This document shows positions 27,283-42,433 of a stretch of DNA of 64,000 bases, in pieces (the stretch's first letter is position 1; the number at the start of each line of letters is the position of its first letter). The stretch covers positions 17,422,001-17,486,000 of the forward strand of contig OX597838.1 of assembly GCA_951406725.2 (NCBI GenBank), written 5' to 3'. The translations under genes were made by a program, and so were the position numbers. Under the pieces are notes generated by a model. It did no database searches. It saw nothing but the letters and a program-made list of their open reading frames with translations, and had not been told where the DNA came from. The DNA is from Octopus vulgaris (Eukaryota).

Positions 27283-28789
27283 AACACGCATAAATGTTTT
27301 TTTAGTTTCAGCCAAGGCAATGCGTCATACAAACTATATTATTCTAATATATGTATATATAAGCATACATACATACATACATACATATGTTTATATATTT
27401 ATGCATACATACATATATATATATACTGAGTGGGAGTCTGTCACTCAGTTTCTTTCGTCAGTTCTCATTTCTCTTCATTTGTGTTGTTGCACTTTTAAAA
27501 CTACTGAGCACACACATACCATATCTCCGAAATATCTGCTACTTCCTGTCTCGCGGGAGAAAACAGTTAAAATAATTGATACAAATTGACAAGGACATTC
27601 CAGTTGATAGAATGCTAAGTTAACGATTTACAATTAGATGGTATTTTTCCTCAAATAGACGTAAATAACTATCATAGTTCATTTGCTCTTCCATCATAAT
27701 TCTAAGTCGTTTTATAACGACACGAATCCTCGAATTATTCAGAATTATATCTGATTGTGCATATAGGAATACGTGCTAAAAAAGTAAAAAGGGATGGATG
27801 CTAAATAATCTACCAAAAGTATTTCGTGTTGTTTACTAGAAACTAACTTCCATTACATCTCATTTGCTCTTCCTGTATACCTTTTGGGTTTTGGTACACT
27901 ATTAAGGAATTTATTTCCATTCTATTCCATCTTTCAAGAATATGTCTTAATGGTTGAGAAAAATTTAAATAATTCGGTTTTGGAGAAAAGAAAAAAGACA
28001 GCTTTGTATTAGAAAAATATGAGAATGAAAAATGAGATTTTGTTTTTAAATGTTTGTCAGAAGAGGAAGGGTATGACCCAATCTAGGGCCTCTTGTGTCT
28101 GGTGGGAGATAGGAAAGAAATTATCCACAGACCGGCTACAAAGTTTGAATGGTTACAATACATAGAAAAGAATCTTCTAGAGGCACTATAGGGACACTTT
28201 AACTCTCTAGATCAGGAGGGGTCTTACTGAGGAGTTTCCACCAAATCTTATAAAGCTTCACCAATTCGTGGCCACGACAGAAGATCCCCCTTGAAAATAT
28301 ATCTCTGTCAATATACAGTTCAATTTATCCTGTTTATAATCAGTACAGCTTTTAGCTTTTGTATCGGTTTGTGTTCATATCTTTTTTTGTGTGGTTTGAG
28401 ATTAGTAAAAAGTTGGTCATAAGTTAATATATTTATACATCGATACACACAGACACACTCAACCATTATAATGTTAATGACCGTTTATATAGAGTAGCCT
28501 TTTGCAAGCGGTGTCCGTAGACAGACCTCCATAGGGATCCGTAGACATCCATAGGTATAGGCTGTTTGGCAACTGCCCACTTACTGAATGAATGGCTGAT
28601 ATATCACGTGTAGGTGCCGGCTGTGTAGGTCCCAGAACTCGGCTGGTGCTTATTGCGTATCGATCCTCGGAAAGAAAAAAAGTTTATTTCGAATATATTT
28701 GAACTCGGAACGCAAAGCGTCGTAACTAAATATTGTTATCTTATCCGGTTAATAAATACGATCACAATTTTTAAAAAAATTTTAATAAA

Positions 28790-29015
28790 TGTTCCTTCTC
28801 AAGCCATGCTAGGCTTATAGGGCCCGGTTTCCCGGTTTCAGTGGCTTAGAAATTCCCCACCTGAACGGGACGCCGGTCCATCGCAGGATTACTCATTTTT
28901 GCCGGATGAGTGGACTGGAGCAACATGAAAATGAAGTGTTTTGCTCAAGAACACAACGCATCGCCCGGTCCAGGAATCGAAACCACAACCTTACGATCAT
29001 GAGTTCAACACCCTC
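28790..29015 (-). mobile_element. SINE with CORE-like plus V-like segments (D body, type-3 tail)
   Basis: Minus strand: gtgttcttgagcaaaacacttc.. then cctgcgatggaccggcgtcccgttcagg..gaaaccgggaaacc. Confidence 0.65.
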
Positions 29016-29159
29016 CACACGATCACAATTGATCAGACAAAAATATCTGGAGCTATCTGCCCCAACGTTTCATGTTAGTATGATTGTCATTTTTCTTTCT
29101 CTCGTTATTAGATGAGAGATTGCTTTTAAGTTAACATTCATTTTTATTCATTTCTAAAC

Positions 29160-29395
29160 CTATTTCTTTACTACCCACAAGGGGCTAAACATAGAGGGGA
29201 CAAACAAGGACAGATATAGGCATTAAGTCGATTACATCGACCCCAGTGCGTAACTGGTACTTAATTTATCGACCCCGAAAGGATGAAAGGCAAAGTCGAC
29301 CTCGGCGAAATTTGAACTCGGAATGTAGCGACAGACGAAATACCGCTAAGCATTTTTGTCCAGCAGGCTAACGATTCTGCCAGCTCGCCGCCTTA
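29160..29395 (-). mobile_element. SINE family B
   Basis: Reverse complement of the 1409-1640 consensus. Confidence 0.85.
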
Positions 29396-29495
29396 TTTTT
29401 ATTCATTTCTAAACCGTTTAGTTAACCTTGCAGGAACCTTTGGTTATCTCCACCTTTCAAACCCACCCAGCTTCAACCTTACCGCTTTCTAATTC

Positions 29496-29881
29496 CTTTA
29501 CTTATTTCAGTCACCTGACTGCGGCCATGCTGGTACACTGCCTTTAGTCGAACAAATCGACCCCAGGACTTATTCTTTGTAAGCCTAATGCTTGTTCTAT
29601 CGGTATCTTTTGCCGAACTGCTAAGTTACTAGGACGTAAATACACCAACATCGGTTGTCAAACGATGGCGGTGGGGACAAACACAGACACAAACATATAC
29701 ATATATATATGTGTGTACGACGGGCTTCTTTCAGTTTCCGGCTACCAAATCCACTCACAAGGCTTTGACAGGCCCGAGGCTATAGTAGAAGGCACTTACC
29801 TTAAGTACCACGCGGTGGGACTGAACCTGGAGGCAGGTAGTTGGGAAGCAATCTTTTTACCACAAAGTCACGCCTGCGCCT
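29496..29881 (-). mobile_element. SINE family A (diverged)
   Basis: Consensus match. Confidence 0.8.
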
Positions 29882-31290
29882 ATGGTTACTAAACTTCCAC
29901 CTCCTCAACTCGCTATTAAACATTTTATCCAGTCTTACTTTCTAGTGCTCAAACATGGTTGAGTTATTTACTGGTGTATAAAGGAATATTTGCCGATATT
30001 TTACAGAAAAAAGTGTATTTTGGTATTCATTTCTAAAATTTTCACCCATATATTGGTTTTGTTCGATCTAATTAGTCACTAGGAGAGCAAATCTTCCATC
30101 CACGACTGGTGGAACTAGAACATGGTTCATGTGAATTTTTTTGTAGAAAAAAATACCAGATTGGAGAGAGTTGTTTTCAGCGACCTGTAGACCTGCAGAA
30201 AATAAATATTGGATGAAGCATTTAATACGGATGCATAAGAGGTTGCATATTAAAGAGGTGACGAGGGAAAGAGAATGAATGTGTCGAATTGATGTCGGTG
30301 CAATAGGTGTGAATAGAACTAGTTCAGAGACAACGGTAAGAAAGAGAGGGTGAGAAAGAGAGGGGATATAAAACCAGTATGAAAGAGATAGATAAGTGGA
30401 ATAGATAATGAATGAGAGAAAGAGAGAGAGAGTGAGTGAGTGAGCGTAAGAGTGGGGAAAGAAAAAAGCTTGGTATGTAGACTGCAGTTCAATGTAAAAG
30501 TAACATTGTCTGACACACGTAAACTGTATTTTACAAAGTTGCTGTAAATCTGCTTGGGCTGTGTTACAGTAGAGTAGCGGTACATATTTAAGCTGTACTT
30601 TACTGTTATAGTACTTTATAGTGACAGTACTACAATGTAACAACCTTATCTGAAATCTATAAGCTGTACTTCAATGTAACAGCAGCAGTACAAGCTGATG
30701 TATGTGATAGACGTACAAGCAAGACAAATTTAGCCATTTCTCTGTAGATTGAAAAAAATGAAAACTTTAATCGATTTTCGGAACTTGTTGCATTCTCATC
30801 AGAGGCGTTTACATCACACGACCAATCCCAGGGAAATAAGGAACCAATCTGAACTGGAGCTTTTAATTTGTATTGCATAAATTCTAAGTAACCAGTCTGT
30901 GTATATACTATATGCTACATTTCAACGCAACAGTTGTACCGTTTGACCAAATTAAGCTTGCTTCCATGTCAGCTGTACTTTAATGGCATATGCAAAATGT
31001 ACTTTGATGTGACAGCAGTACTAACATGTGTAAGTACTTCGATGTTGCATCTGTACTTCAATGTTGTATCCGTGCTATCTGATACTTATGTACATTTCAA
31101 TGCAAGGACAATACTCTCTGTCATATATGTAAGCTGTAGTCTAATTGTCCCATTAGTGACTGACCTATTTTAGGCAGTTGGCTCTTTGTTTGTAACAGCA
31201 GTACTTTCTGACAAAATGTAAGTTGTACATTATTGTAGATCTTATATTTTATCTTTAATAGATATTTTATCTTTAATATTTTATCTTTAA

Positions 31291-31702
31291 CTAGCAGTAT
31301 CGCCCGGCGTTGCTCGGGCTTGTAAGGGAAATAACTATATAAGCATTTTTAGAGAGTTATAGCCAAAAAATAGAAAAAGAATGCATTAAAAATGGAAAAA
31401 GAATGATGGTAAATTTTTTTTAAATCGTTAACTCATCGTAGACATTTTTAGAGAGTTACTTCCCTTATATAATAGCGAAAAAAATGCATTAAAATGGAAA
31501 AAAATGATGGTAAATTTTTTTTTAAATCGTAGACTCATCGTAGACTCATCGTAGACGCGCGCCAATACCCAGAAGGGCTCGATATGAATCACGACTATAA
31601 GATACCCGGTTTTGGCTAAACTGCACCGCAAAATGTGGGAGTAGTTAGGAATCTAAATCGTAGGAGACAGACACCACACAACTTGACTTTTATATATAAA
31701 GA
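31291..31702 (-). mobile_element. Non-autonomous Helitron
   Basis: Minus strand starts TCtttatatataaaag and ends with hairpin cccgagcaacgccggg then cgatactgCTAG. Inserted between A and T. Internal tandem duplication. Confidence 0.8.
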
Positions 31703-32193
31703 TATTTTATCTTTAATAGAATGTCATCTATGTAATCAAGCCAGAATTATTTGTGAAAGCAGTTTTAGCACCATCATACGTGCGATTCACCAAGCTTAAC
31801 CAGAGTCGACTTGGGGTTAAGCATTGATAACAACGATAATAACAGCAAAGGCGACAACAGCGATGAAGGGTGTCATTTGTAGTGCCTTTAGGTATATTGT
31901 TGCGTAGTGTTAATACGGTACAGTATTCTTTGTAGCGGTCGGCCAATGAGGGTAATGATCTTGTCTGACATTCTGCCTGAGAGTCAAAACAAATTAAGAA
32001 GAAAAATGTAACTGATGCATTTTTCATAAATATAGATTGTATATTTTTCTATTTATTAACAATGGCAATTTGTTCTTGGCATTTAATCTGCAGTGGAGAG
32101 AGAGTGGGGGAGAAGTGAGGGAGGGAAGGAGAGAGGCAGACGGAAAGAGAGAAATATTGAAGTTCTTTTAGAGTCACGCTACCGTTTGTCCTC

Positions 32194-32434
32194 TACTTGT
32201 TTCAGTCATTTGACTGTGGCCATGCTGCGGCACCGCCTTGAAGGGTTTTAGTCGAACAAATCGACTCTAGTACTTTATCGATATGTTTTGCTGAACCGCT
32301 AAGTTACGGAGGTGTAAACGCACCAACACCAGTTGTCAAGCGATAGTAGGGGACAAACACACACACACACACATATACACATACACACATACATATGTAT
32401 ATATAAGACACACAGACATATATATATATACATA

Positions 32435-32483
<49 letters not shown>

Positions 32484-32601
32484 GTATATATATATGTATA
32501 TGTATATATATATATGTATATGTATATATATATATATGTGCATATATACATATATATGTGCATATATACATATATATGTGCATATATACATATATATGTG
32601 C

Positions 32602-32644
<43 letters not shown>

Positions 32645-32818
32645 TATACACGACAGGTTTTTTTTCAGTTTCCGTTTACCAAATCTATTTACAAGGCTTT
32701 GGTCGGCCCCTGAGGCTATAGTAGAAAGAGATTTTTCCAAGATGCCACGCAGTGGGACTGAACCCTCAGTCATGTGGTTGGGAAGCAACCTCCTTATCAC
32801 ACTTCTGCGCCTGCGCCT
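32194..32818 (-). mobile_element. SINE family A with expanded internal microsatellite
   Basis: Consensus arms around ~290 bp of TA/CA repeats. Confidence 0.8.
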
Positions 32819-33257
32819 CTGATGGCCTTTGACAATATCATGACCATCTTCCTTTACTACTTTTCTAACATATGCAATAATAACACTTAATATTAAAAGG
32901 AGAGATTTCTTAGTTGTACATTTGGGATTGGCATATTTCCTCGATAAGTCGCGTTCATTATAATTACCTTCTTTACAACAATTTACCGATGGAGTGGCCA
33001 TGTGATCATTTGACCTGTTAGAAATAGCAGCTAAATTTCGTTCAAATCATGCCCAACCGTCTAAAACAATATAAAATCACGTTATATAACGTTAATGTGG
33101 TTCTACTTAAAAGAATGATTATAAGAAATATTTATTCTCAAGTGTTCCAACCGTAACCATCCTGTCTTTTTTTTTATATATATTAGAGACGACATAGTCT
33201 AATTTGTTCGTTCGTTTTTCTATGGTGATAACGTTTACTTGTGCATGATCTCTCTTT

Positions 33258-33458
33258 CTCTTTTACTCTTTTACTTGTTTCAGTCATTTGACTGCTGCCA
33301 TGCTGGAGCACCGCCTTTAGTCGAGCAAATCGACCCCGGGACTTATTCTTTGTAAGCCCAGTACTTATTCTATCGGTCTCTTTTGCCGAACCGCTAAGTT
33401 ACGGGGACGTAAACACACCAGCATCGGTTGTCAAGCAATGCTAGGGGGACAAACACAA

Positions 33459-33509
<51 letters not shown>

Positions 33510-33682
33510 CATATATATACATATATACGACAGGCTTCTTTCAGTTTCCGTCTACCAAATCCACTCACAAGGCATTGGTCGGCCCGGGGCTATAGCAGAA
33601 GACTCTTACCCAAGATGCCACGCAGTGGGGACTGAACCTGGAACCATGTGGTTGGATAGCAAGCTACTTATCACATAGCCAC
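33258..33682 (-). mobile_element. SINE family A
   Basis: Consensus match. Confidence 0.9.
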
Positions 33683-34588
33683 TATTGATTTTCCCACAAG
33701 TCCAGCGACCGCTTAAGTGTTCTGGCCGTATTGGAAATATTTCCTTGTGTTTGTTGTTTATAGGTTTGAAGGGTGTCTGTTTATTATCCTCTCTACAGGG
33801 GTGGCCACAGAAAATACAAGAATCGAGTTCCTTGGACATATCCAAACCTTTAGCTCTTTTGGTGTGAGTCCTCTGGGTTTTCTTTTAGTGATACACGTGA
33901 CTGTATGCCATGTGATTCAGGACTCGTGCAACCATATGTCCTATGAGTCGGGCAGCTATAAAAGTCCTGAAATATCTCTCCAACGTCTGAAAATTTCTGT
34001 TGATGTCACTCAAGTTATGTGGTGTATAACAGAAATTACGGAGTACAACTTTATTTAATTAACACCACACTTGAATCGAAATGAGAAACACAATGCTGAA
34101 CGTCTCTTAAACTCAACAATACAAAAACAAGAAAAAGTAACTCAAAAGATAAAAATGCAATAAAAAATCTATACATATTTATATATATATATTTTATATA
34201 TTTGCTGCAAAATATGTTGATCTCAAATCTCAAATTACCATAATTACAGCTCCATACGAGTTTTGTTAATGTTCAATGTTCTGTTTTTTTTTTTTTTTTG
34301 TTTGCTGTGAGCGATATGTGTAAGAGGAAGCTGTACGTTCTCCATACTTTACGTTGAGTTCTTTGAAGTGTAGAGTTAGTTGTCTTCAGTGCGTTTGGCT
34401 TTAGGGGGGGAAACCAATTTCCGTATAAACTCTTAGGATCAGGTTTCATATTGCTGCGCCAATTTTCGTTTAATCTCATATTTATACGCACACATCTATA
34501 TCTGTGTGTGTGTATACTTGTATGTGTGTGAATGAGTATATTATACATAATATGTATGTATACATATATATAGAGAGAGAGAGATAGG

Positions 34589-34655
<67 letters not shown>

Positions 34656-35355
34656 TTAGAAAAGTAATATGCACAAATGACAAAAACACACACAAGACAA
34701 GGTTAAACAACAAATAAACGTAAATTACCCCTCATCAGCTGTCTCGCTAAGAATACGCAGTTTCGACACACTTTGGCAACAGCTGCCAGTCATTTCCTCA
34801 CTGCACAGCGTTTCTCGTCACAAGCGATGGCTGTAGGCGAAAATAAGACGATAATTGTCTGAAAGTTGCTTGCGTAAGATTCTTCATAACCGGATCTTTA
34901 GGTAAGAACAACAACAGAAAAACAACAACAAAAAATCATGAATAAGAACACCAAGTCATGGAACAGAGTTGTTATGGATTGAATCATCAATTTTAAGCAA
35001 ATTACGCTTTGACCTTTTACTTGCTTCAGTCATTGGACTGCAGCAATGCTGAGGCACCACCTTGAAGGCTTTAAGTTGAACAAATCAAGCTCAGTAATTA
35101 TTTGATCGATCGTTCTTTTACCGAACCGCGAAGTTATGGAGAGGTAAACAAAACAATACAGGTTGTGTGGAAGTGGTAGGGGACAGATACAAACGCAAGG
35201 AGCCGTACCCCACCATCAAGGCAGTGCTCCAGCATGGCCTCGGTCTATTGACTGAAACAAGCACATGATAAAAGGTAAAAGATGTGTGCGTGCGTCTGTG
35301 AGTGCGTGTGTGTGTATGTGTGTGCTTGCATGTGCATATGTACAGACTAACTGAC

Positions 35356-35450
<95 letters not shown>

Positions 35451-35518
35451 TAGATAGATACATAGACATACAGGTAGATAGATAAACAGACAGACAGATA
35501 GGTAGATAGACAGGTAGG

Positions 35519-35596
<78 letters not shown>

Positions 35597-35678
35597 CATA
35601 GACAGACAGACAGATAGATAGATACATAGATATACAGGTAGATAGATAAACAGACAGACAGATAGGTAGATAAAAAGG

Positions 35679-35762
<84 letters not shown>

Positions 35763-35848
35763 CAGACAAACAGACGACGGTTCCACACAGTTTCCATGAA
35801 CCAAATTCACACACAATATATTAGTCTGTCCGAAGCTAAGGTGCCGTG

Positions 35849-36314
35849 CTGCATGCATTAAATACATATTTTACTTGTTTTGCACTTGTAATCGTAGACG
35901 TAGAATAGCTTAATATATCACCAGGAAATCTTAAATAATCATCTTTATCTCCAGGAGGAGAAACATACCAAATTTCTTCTTCTAAACCTGGTTTTACATA
36001 ACAAGAAAAGTCAGAATTAGGCTAGAAATGATTATTTTATAAATCTTGCATGGAAGCTTTGACTTTTCATGTCGCTTTCCCCTGCATGCATTAAATACAT
36101 ATTTTACTTGTTTTGCACTTGTAATCGTAGACGTAGAATAGCTTAATATATCACCAGGAAATCTTAAATAATCATCTTTACCCCCAGGAGGAGAAATATA
36201 CCAAATTTCTTCTTCTAAACCTGCTTTTACATAACAAGAAAAGTCAGAATTAGGCTAGAAATGATTATTTTATAAATCTTGCATGGAAGCTTTGACTTTT
36301 CATGTCGCTTTCCC
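35849..36314. repeat. Tandem duplication of a 233-bp unit (two copies, ~4 substitutions)
   Basis: 35849-36081 is repeated at 36082-36314. Confidence 0.95.
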
Positions 36315-36639
36315 CGATGAAGATCTTATGAATACAGTAAGAAAATTAGATCGCTCACGCAGACTGACAGAAACAGTAGGAAATAGAGACAAGCATAAAA
36401 TCAAATATGTCGGCAAGAGTATTACGAAAGAATTAGATTTATAATTATTTAATCACTATAATATAATTATTTTGAATAAATATAAAGTCTGATATATAAA
36501 TTAGTTGTAATTATAAACAAATAAAGTGGGAATTGAATCAATCAGAAAAGGCTAAATAAGATGATAACTAAGATAGCTGAAAATAAAAGAATTATCTGAA
36601 AACTAGACACATATACGCGCAAGTACTATGTAACAGACC

Positions 36640-37222
<583 letters not shown>

Positions 37223-37624
37223 CTCATGCACACATATATACACGTACACATACAGACGCATGCAGACTCATTACACTGAACGTACAGATGCATATACGGA
37301 GGCATACACACATGCTCATAGATACATAAACACACTCATCACGCCACACATACTTACACACACGCTCACACGCTCATACAGACACTCACACCGAAACGCA
37401 CTCGCACACATAAAAGTAATATATGCCAATTTAAGAACCAAAGTGATTGTGGAAATGAATGAGAATATAATGAGATCAAATAGGTGCGTTAATCATGGTT
37501 CTATGATTAAGGAGTTCAATTCACAAGCGTGTAGTCTCGAGTTCAGTGCCATTACACGCCCTCTGCAATGACTTCATGTTAATCAATAACTTGGTAGTGA
37601 AATTTTATAAAAAAGTATTTGTAT

Positions 37625-38041
37625 AGGCGCAGGAGTGGCTGTGTGGTAAGTAGCTTGTTTACCAACCACATGGTTCCGGGTTCAGTCCCACTGCGTGGCA
37701 CCTTGGGCAAGTGTCTTCTACTATAGCCTCGGGCCGACCAAAGCCTTGTGAGTGGATTTGGTAGACGGAAACTGAAAGAAGCCTGTCGTATATAGGTATA
37801 TATATGTGTGTGTGTGTGTGCGTGTATGTTTGTGTGTCTGTGTTTGTCCCCCCAGCATTGCTTGACAACCGATGCTGGTGTGTTTACGTCCCCGTCACTT
37901 AGCGGTTCGGCAAAAAGAGACCGATAGAATAAGTACTGGGTTTACAAAAAGAATAAGTCCCAGGGTCGAGTTGCTCGACTAAAGGCGGTGCTCCAGCATG
38001 GCCGCAGTCAAATGACTGAAACAAGTAAAAGAGTAAAGAGT
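37625..38041 (+). mobile_element. SINE family A
   Basis: Full-length consensus match. Confidence 0.9.
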
Positions 38042-38367
38042 ATGGAAGTTCATTGTCTGAGCTTGTGTATATGTCTATGTGTATGTGTATGTGTGTGTGT
38101 TTGAACGTATGTATGTGCGTATATCGCTGCTTTCTTCCAAGGGATCTACTGCTCTTAGCTTAGTTTTTTCCTTGCGGCTGGCCAGATTGGGAGCAATCTC
38201 GAGTATAACCAGCCGAAATTGCAAAGATAACGTGGAACTCGACTGAGGAAAGAAAACTCCGAATAACCCGTCCTTGTTTTCTTTGTATCGTCTGTCTGGA
38301 TGTTTTGTTGTCCCTTTTTTGCATCACCTAAATGTCTGGCTGCTTTGCGTTCTTGTCCTATTTTTTG

Positions 38368-38408
<41 letters not shown>

Positions 38409-38413
38409 CATAC

Positions 38414-38473
<60 letters not shown>

Positions 38474-38565
38474 GGTTGATGCAACCGACTTGCTCCTCCC
38501 TTAAAATTGGTGGCCCTGTGTCAAAATTTGAAACCAAAATCATGACAGTAATATCATTCGTTATA

Positions 38566-38782
38566 GGGCGGCGAGCTGGCAGAAACGTTAGCACACCGGG
38601 CGAAATGCTTTGCAGTATTTCGTCTGCCGCTACGTTCTGAGTTCAAATTCCGCCGAGGTCGACTTTGCCTTTCATCCTTTCGGGGGTTGATAAATTAAGT
38701 ACCATTTGCTTACTTGAGTCGAACTAATCGACTAGTCCACCTCCCCCAAAATTTCAGGCCTTGTGCCTAGAGTAGAAAAGAA
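38566..38782 (+). mobile_element. SINE family B variant (tail ..ccccaaaatttcaggccttgtgcctagagtagaaaag)
   Basis: B head and Nin-like domain with an alternative tail, also seen at ~39520-39570 and ~60390-60430 on the minus strand. Confidence 0.8.
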
Positions 38783-39519
38783 TATATATATCAATTCCTA
38801 AAGACTGGGGGGGGGGGGGATACATTTTTATGGTATGGAATCTATGAACTTTTAGAAACATCAAGGAACTGGGTGTGATAAATAGCAAGAGAAGAGGGAG
38901 AAAAATGAAGACAACTTAAAGAAAGAATTATTGAGAAACACCAATTTTGAACAGTTTTTGCCTAAACTGATGAAAATTGATTCACAGAAGATATCTTTGA
39001 AGATAACGGAAATACTAAATCAACGGCATGGACTTCCTTATACAAACAGCTTAGTAAAGAAAGAAACTTAAGCTTCTGGTGATGTTTAACCTAGGATTAG
39101 ACTTAATCCAAAGACCTATGACCAAAGGCGGTCCGTCAGACCTATGATCAATGGTGTTCCAATCGTGGCCATCCTGTATTTTATTCAGACATTGTATATC
39201 TAATTTTCCAATCTAAGATTACATCATCCAATGCGAGCTTCGTTGTTACTGCTGTTTAATTTCAGATCTGAGTTGGAGAACAAATATGTCTGTATATGTT
39301 ATAAACCCAATATGGAAAATATTGGCTGAACGGATGGTGTTATTGATAGATGCCTTCTGGCAGAAGACTATGTATTGAGCAGTGAATTCGTATTGGTTAT
39401 GCGCAGAAATAATTGTATAAATGGCGGTGTGAGAAGAAGAGTGTATATGAAGGAGAGAGAGAAACTGAGAGGGCACTGAGAATGTAGAAATTAGTAGCGG
39501 TTCAGGCGATACTAACATA

Positions 39520-39955
39520 ATCCTTTCTACTAATAAGAACAAGGCCTGACATTTGGGGGGAGGGGACTAGTCAATTACATCGACCCTAATGTTTCACTGG
39601 TACTTAATATATCAATCCTGAAGAGATGAAAGACAAGGTCGTCCTCGGCGGAATTTGAACTCAGAACGTAGCGACGGGCTGAATACTGCTAAGCATTTCG
39701 CTCGGCGTGCTAACGTTTCTTATTTCTTTATTTCCCACAAGGGGCTAAACATAGAGAGGACAAACAAGGACAGACAAAGCGATTAAGTCGATTACATCGA
39801 CCCCAGTGCGTAACTGGTAATTAATTTATCGACCCCGAAAGGATGAAAGGCAAAGTCGACCTCGGCGAAAATTTGAACTCAGAACGGAGCGGCAGACGAA
39901 ATACTGCTAAGCATTTCGTCCGGCGTGCTAACGATTCTGCCAGCTCGCCGCCTTG
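39520..39955 (-). mobile_element. Two head-to-tail SINE family B units
   Basis: Consensus match repeated twice. Confidence 0.8.
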
Positions 39956-40097
39956 CGATATTAATATAATGGAGTGTATATGTGAGTGCGTGTGATATCT
40001 GAGTGGCACCTTGGGCAAGTATCTTCTTCTATAGCATCAGACCAATCAAAGCCTTGTGAGTGGATTTGGTAGACGGAGATAGAAAGAAGCTCGTCGC

Positions 40098-40146
<49 letters not shown>

Positions 40147-40150
40147 TAAT

Positions 40151-40349
40151 CTTTTATTTTTTTACTTGTTTCAGTCATTAGACTACGGCTATTAGACCGC
40201 CTTTAGTCGAGCAAATTGACCCCAGGGCTTATTCTATCGGTGTGTTTTGCCGAACTGCTAAGTTACGGGGACGTAAACACACCAGCATCGGTTGTCAAGC
40301 GATGTTGGGGGAGAAACACAGACACATACATACACACACACACACACAT

Positions 40350-40396
<47 letters not shown>

Positions 40397-40546
40397 TACG
40401 ACGGGCTTCTTTCAGTTTCCGCCTACCAAATCCACTCACAAGGCTTTGGTCGGCCCGAGGCTATAGTAGAAGACACTTGCCCAAGGGGCTACGCAGTGGG
40501 ACTGAACCCGGAACCATGTGGTTGGTAAGCAACCTACTTACCACAC
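40151..40546 (-). mobile_element. SINE family A
   Basis: Consensus match with small deletions. Confidence 0.85.
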
Positions 40547-40797
40547 TATGGACCCTTTTGACTCCTATTTTACTAGGGTAGACCCTCGAAGCTAATCAGT
40601 CTTTAAAAAAACATCTTGTTAAATTTTTATGATTAAATACTATTAGAAATTGTATAAGAAAAAAAGTTGCTAAAATGTTTTGTGTGCTGCAGAATTATAA
40701 CCAATTTATTGCAGTTAGATTTGAACAAAATCTTGAATGGACACTCAAGGGCCATATGGACCCCTGTTGAGAGCCACTGATGTACATCATAGAATAT

Positions 40798-41030
40798 GTA
40801 TTTCTTTACTACCCACAAGGGGCTAAACACAGAGAGGACAATCAAGGACAGACAAAGGGATTAAGTCGATTACATCGACCCCAGTGCGTAACTGGTACTT
40901 AATTTATCGACCCCGAAAGGATGAAAGGCAAAGTCGACCTCGGCGGAATTTGAACTCAGAATGTAACGGCAGACGAAATACGGCCACGCATTTCGCCCGG
41001 CGTGCTGACGTTTCTGCCAGCTCGCCGCCT
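40798..41030 (-). mobile_element. SINE family B
   Basis: Full-length consensus match. Confidence 0.85.
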
Positions 41031-41346
41031 TAGCATCATTGAATATGGTTTACCTGTACATATTTACTCATAACTGTACTGTATTGGTAACCTTGAAATC
41101 CACTGCATCAATCTCATACCGTAATCTAAATGACTTTACGTTAGTAAATATTTTTTTTTTTCATTATTCATAAGACAATATATATTTTTTTTAACTTTGA
41201 TAACTGAAAAATTAGGGAAGCGATGCGGATTGAACAACATCTCGGTTAGTAGGGGTCTTGTGATTTCTTCACGGATTTTTTTTAATATTTACATAACGAG
41301 ACTAAATATATATTTAAGATATGTTGTATATAGTCGACATTCACAC

Positions 41347-41409
<63 letters not shown>

Positions 41410-41925
41410 CTACCTACCTATCTATCTACCTACCTACCTATCTATTTATCTATCTACCTATCTATTTATCTACCTACCTACCTATCTATCTATCTACCTA
41501 CCTACCTATCTATCTATCTACCTACCTATCTATCTACCTATCTATCTATTTATCTACCTACCTATCTATTTATCTACCTACCTATCTATTTATCTATCTA
41601 TCTATCTATCCATCGATCGATCGATCTAGCTTTCTTCTCAACCTCTCTCAATCTTTCTCTCTCTCTTTATGTGTGTGTGTGTGTGTGTGTGAGACAAACA
41701 GTGCTGCAATATTTCATCTACCGTTGTTGGCGTTTATGTTAAGCCTTAAACATTCTGTTTAAGTATTGCTTACCTGTAATTGATGGTTTACAAATTGGTT
41801 ACATGTATATGTATATATATATATTTGTGTGTGTGTGTATGTATGAGTGGATGGATGGAAGGATAGATATAATATATATATATATACACACACACATAAA
41901 ATGCTCTCACATATTTTACAATACT

Positions 41926-42149
41926 TACGTGTGGTTACTGAAAAGTTCCTGGCTTTAAGGGTATCGCAAAAGGCCTGGCTGGAGGTGCAACGCTCCGTGT
42001 TTATTTTTACAGGACTTAGAAAAACTGAAGGACCACCGCAATACGTTTTTGAATCTGAGAAGGGGAATATACTTAATAAAATCATAATTTACTGATCCGA
42101 AGGGATTTTCTTTTACCCTGAGTCAGGAATTTTTCACCTCACCCTCGTA
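41926..42149. mobile_element. Tc1/mariner-type MITE
   Basis: Imperfect TIRs tacg(t/a)g.g....tgaaaa(g/a)ttcctg(g/a)ct with TA ends. Confidence 0.6.
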
Positions 42150-42433
42150 CATATTACAAAAATATCTATGTTTAGAAACATTTTACACACTTTTACACTT
42201 CTACATGTTTAAAAATTCTTTACACATATTTACATTATACGAATAGTTACTATGCTACTAAATTGCTTACAAAGGAATGTTTACAAATTATTTACACATA
42301 TTTGCATTAAAAATGTATGTATGTCTGCTAATTGCGTATATGTATTTGCATTATTTACAAACGTGGGTAATTTTACAAATTAATTTCATTTGTATATTTA
42401 ATTTTTGAGTTGTACGCAAATATTTACAATTTA

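Noticed and set aside
34690-34810. Minus-strand CTGATGAG and GTCGAAAC motifs
   Set aside because: Order and pairing do not give a complete hammerhead; at most a decayed Penelope-type repeat.
35960-36000. Minus-strand GLEEEIWYVSPPG resembling the Copia RT motif LEEEIYMxQPPG
   Set aside because: Flanking Copia motifs (D.KTAFL, SLYGLKQ) are absent.
36312-36352. CCGATGA-A-GATC...GATC-G hammerhead-like half next to the tandem duplication
   Set aside because: The GAAAC half of the core is missing.
38160-38370. GGCTGG..CCAGCCGAAA stem and CTGAGGA motif
   Set aside because: Core elements are not correctly juxtaposed; unclassified repeat.
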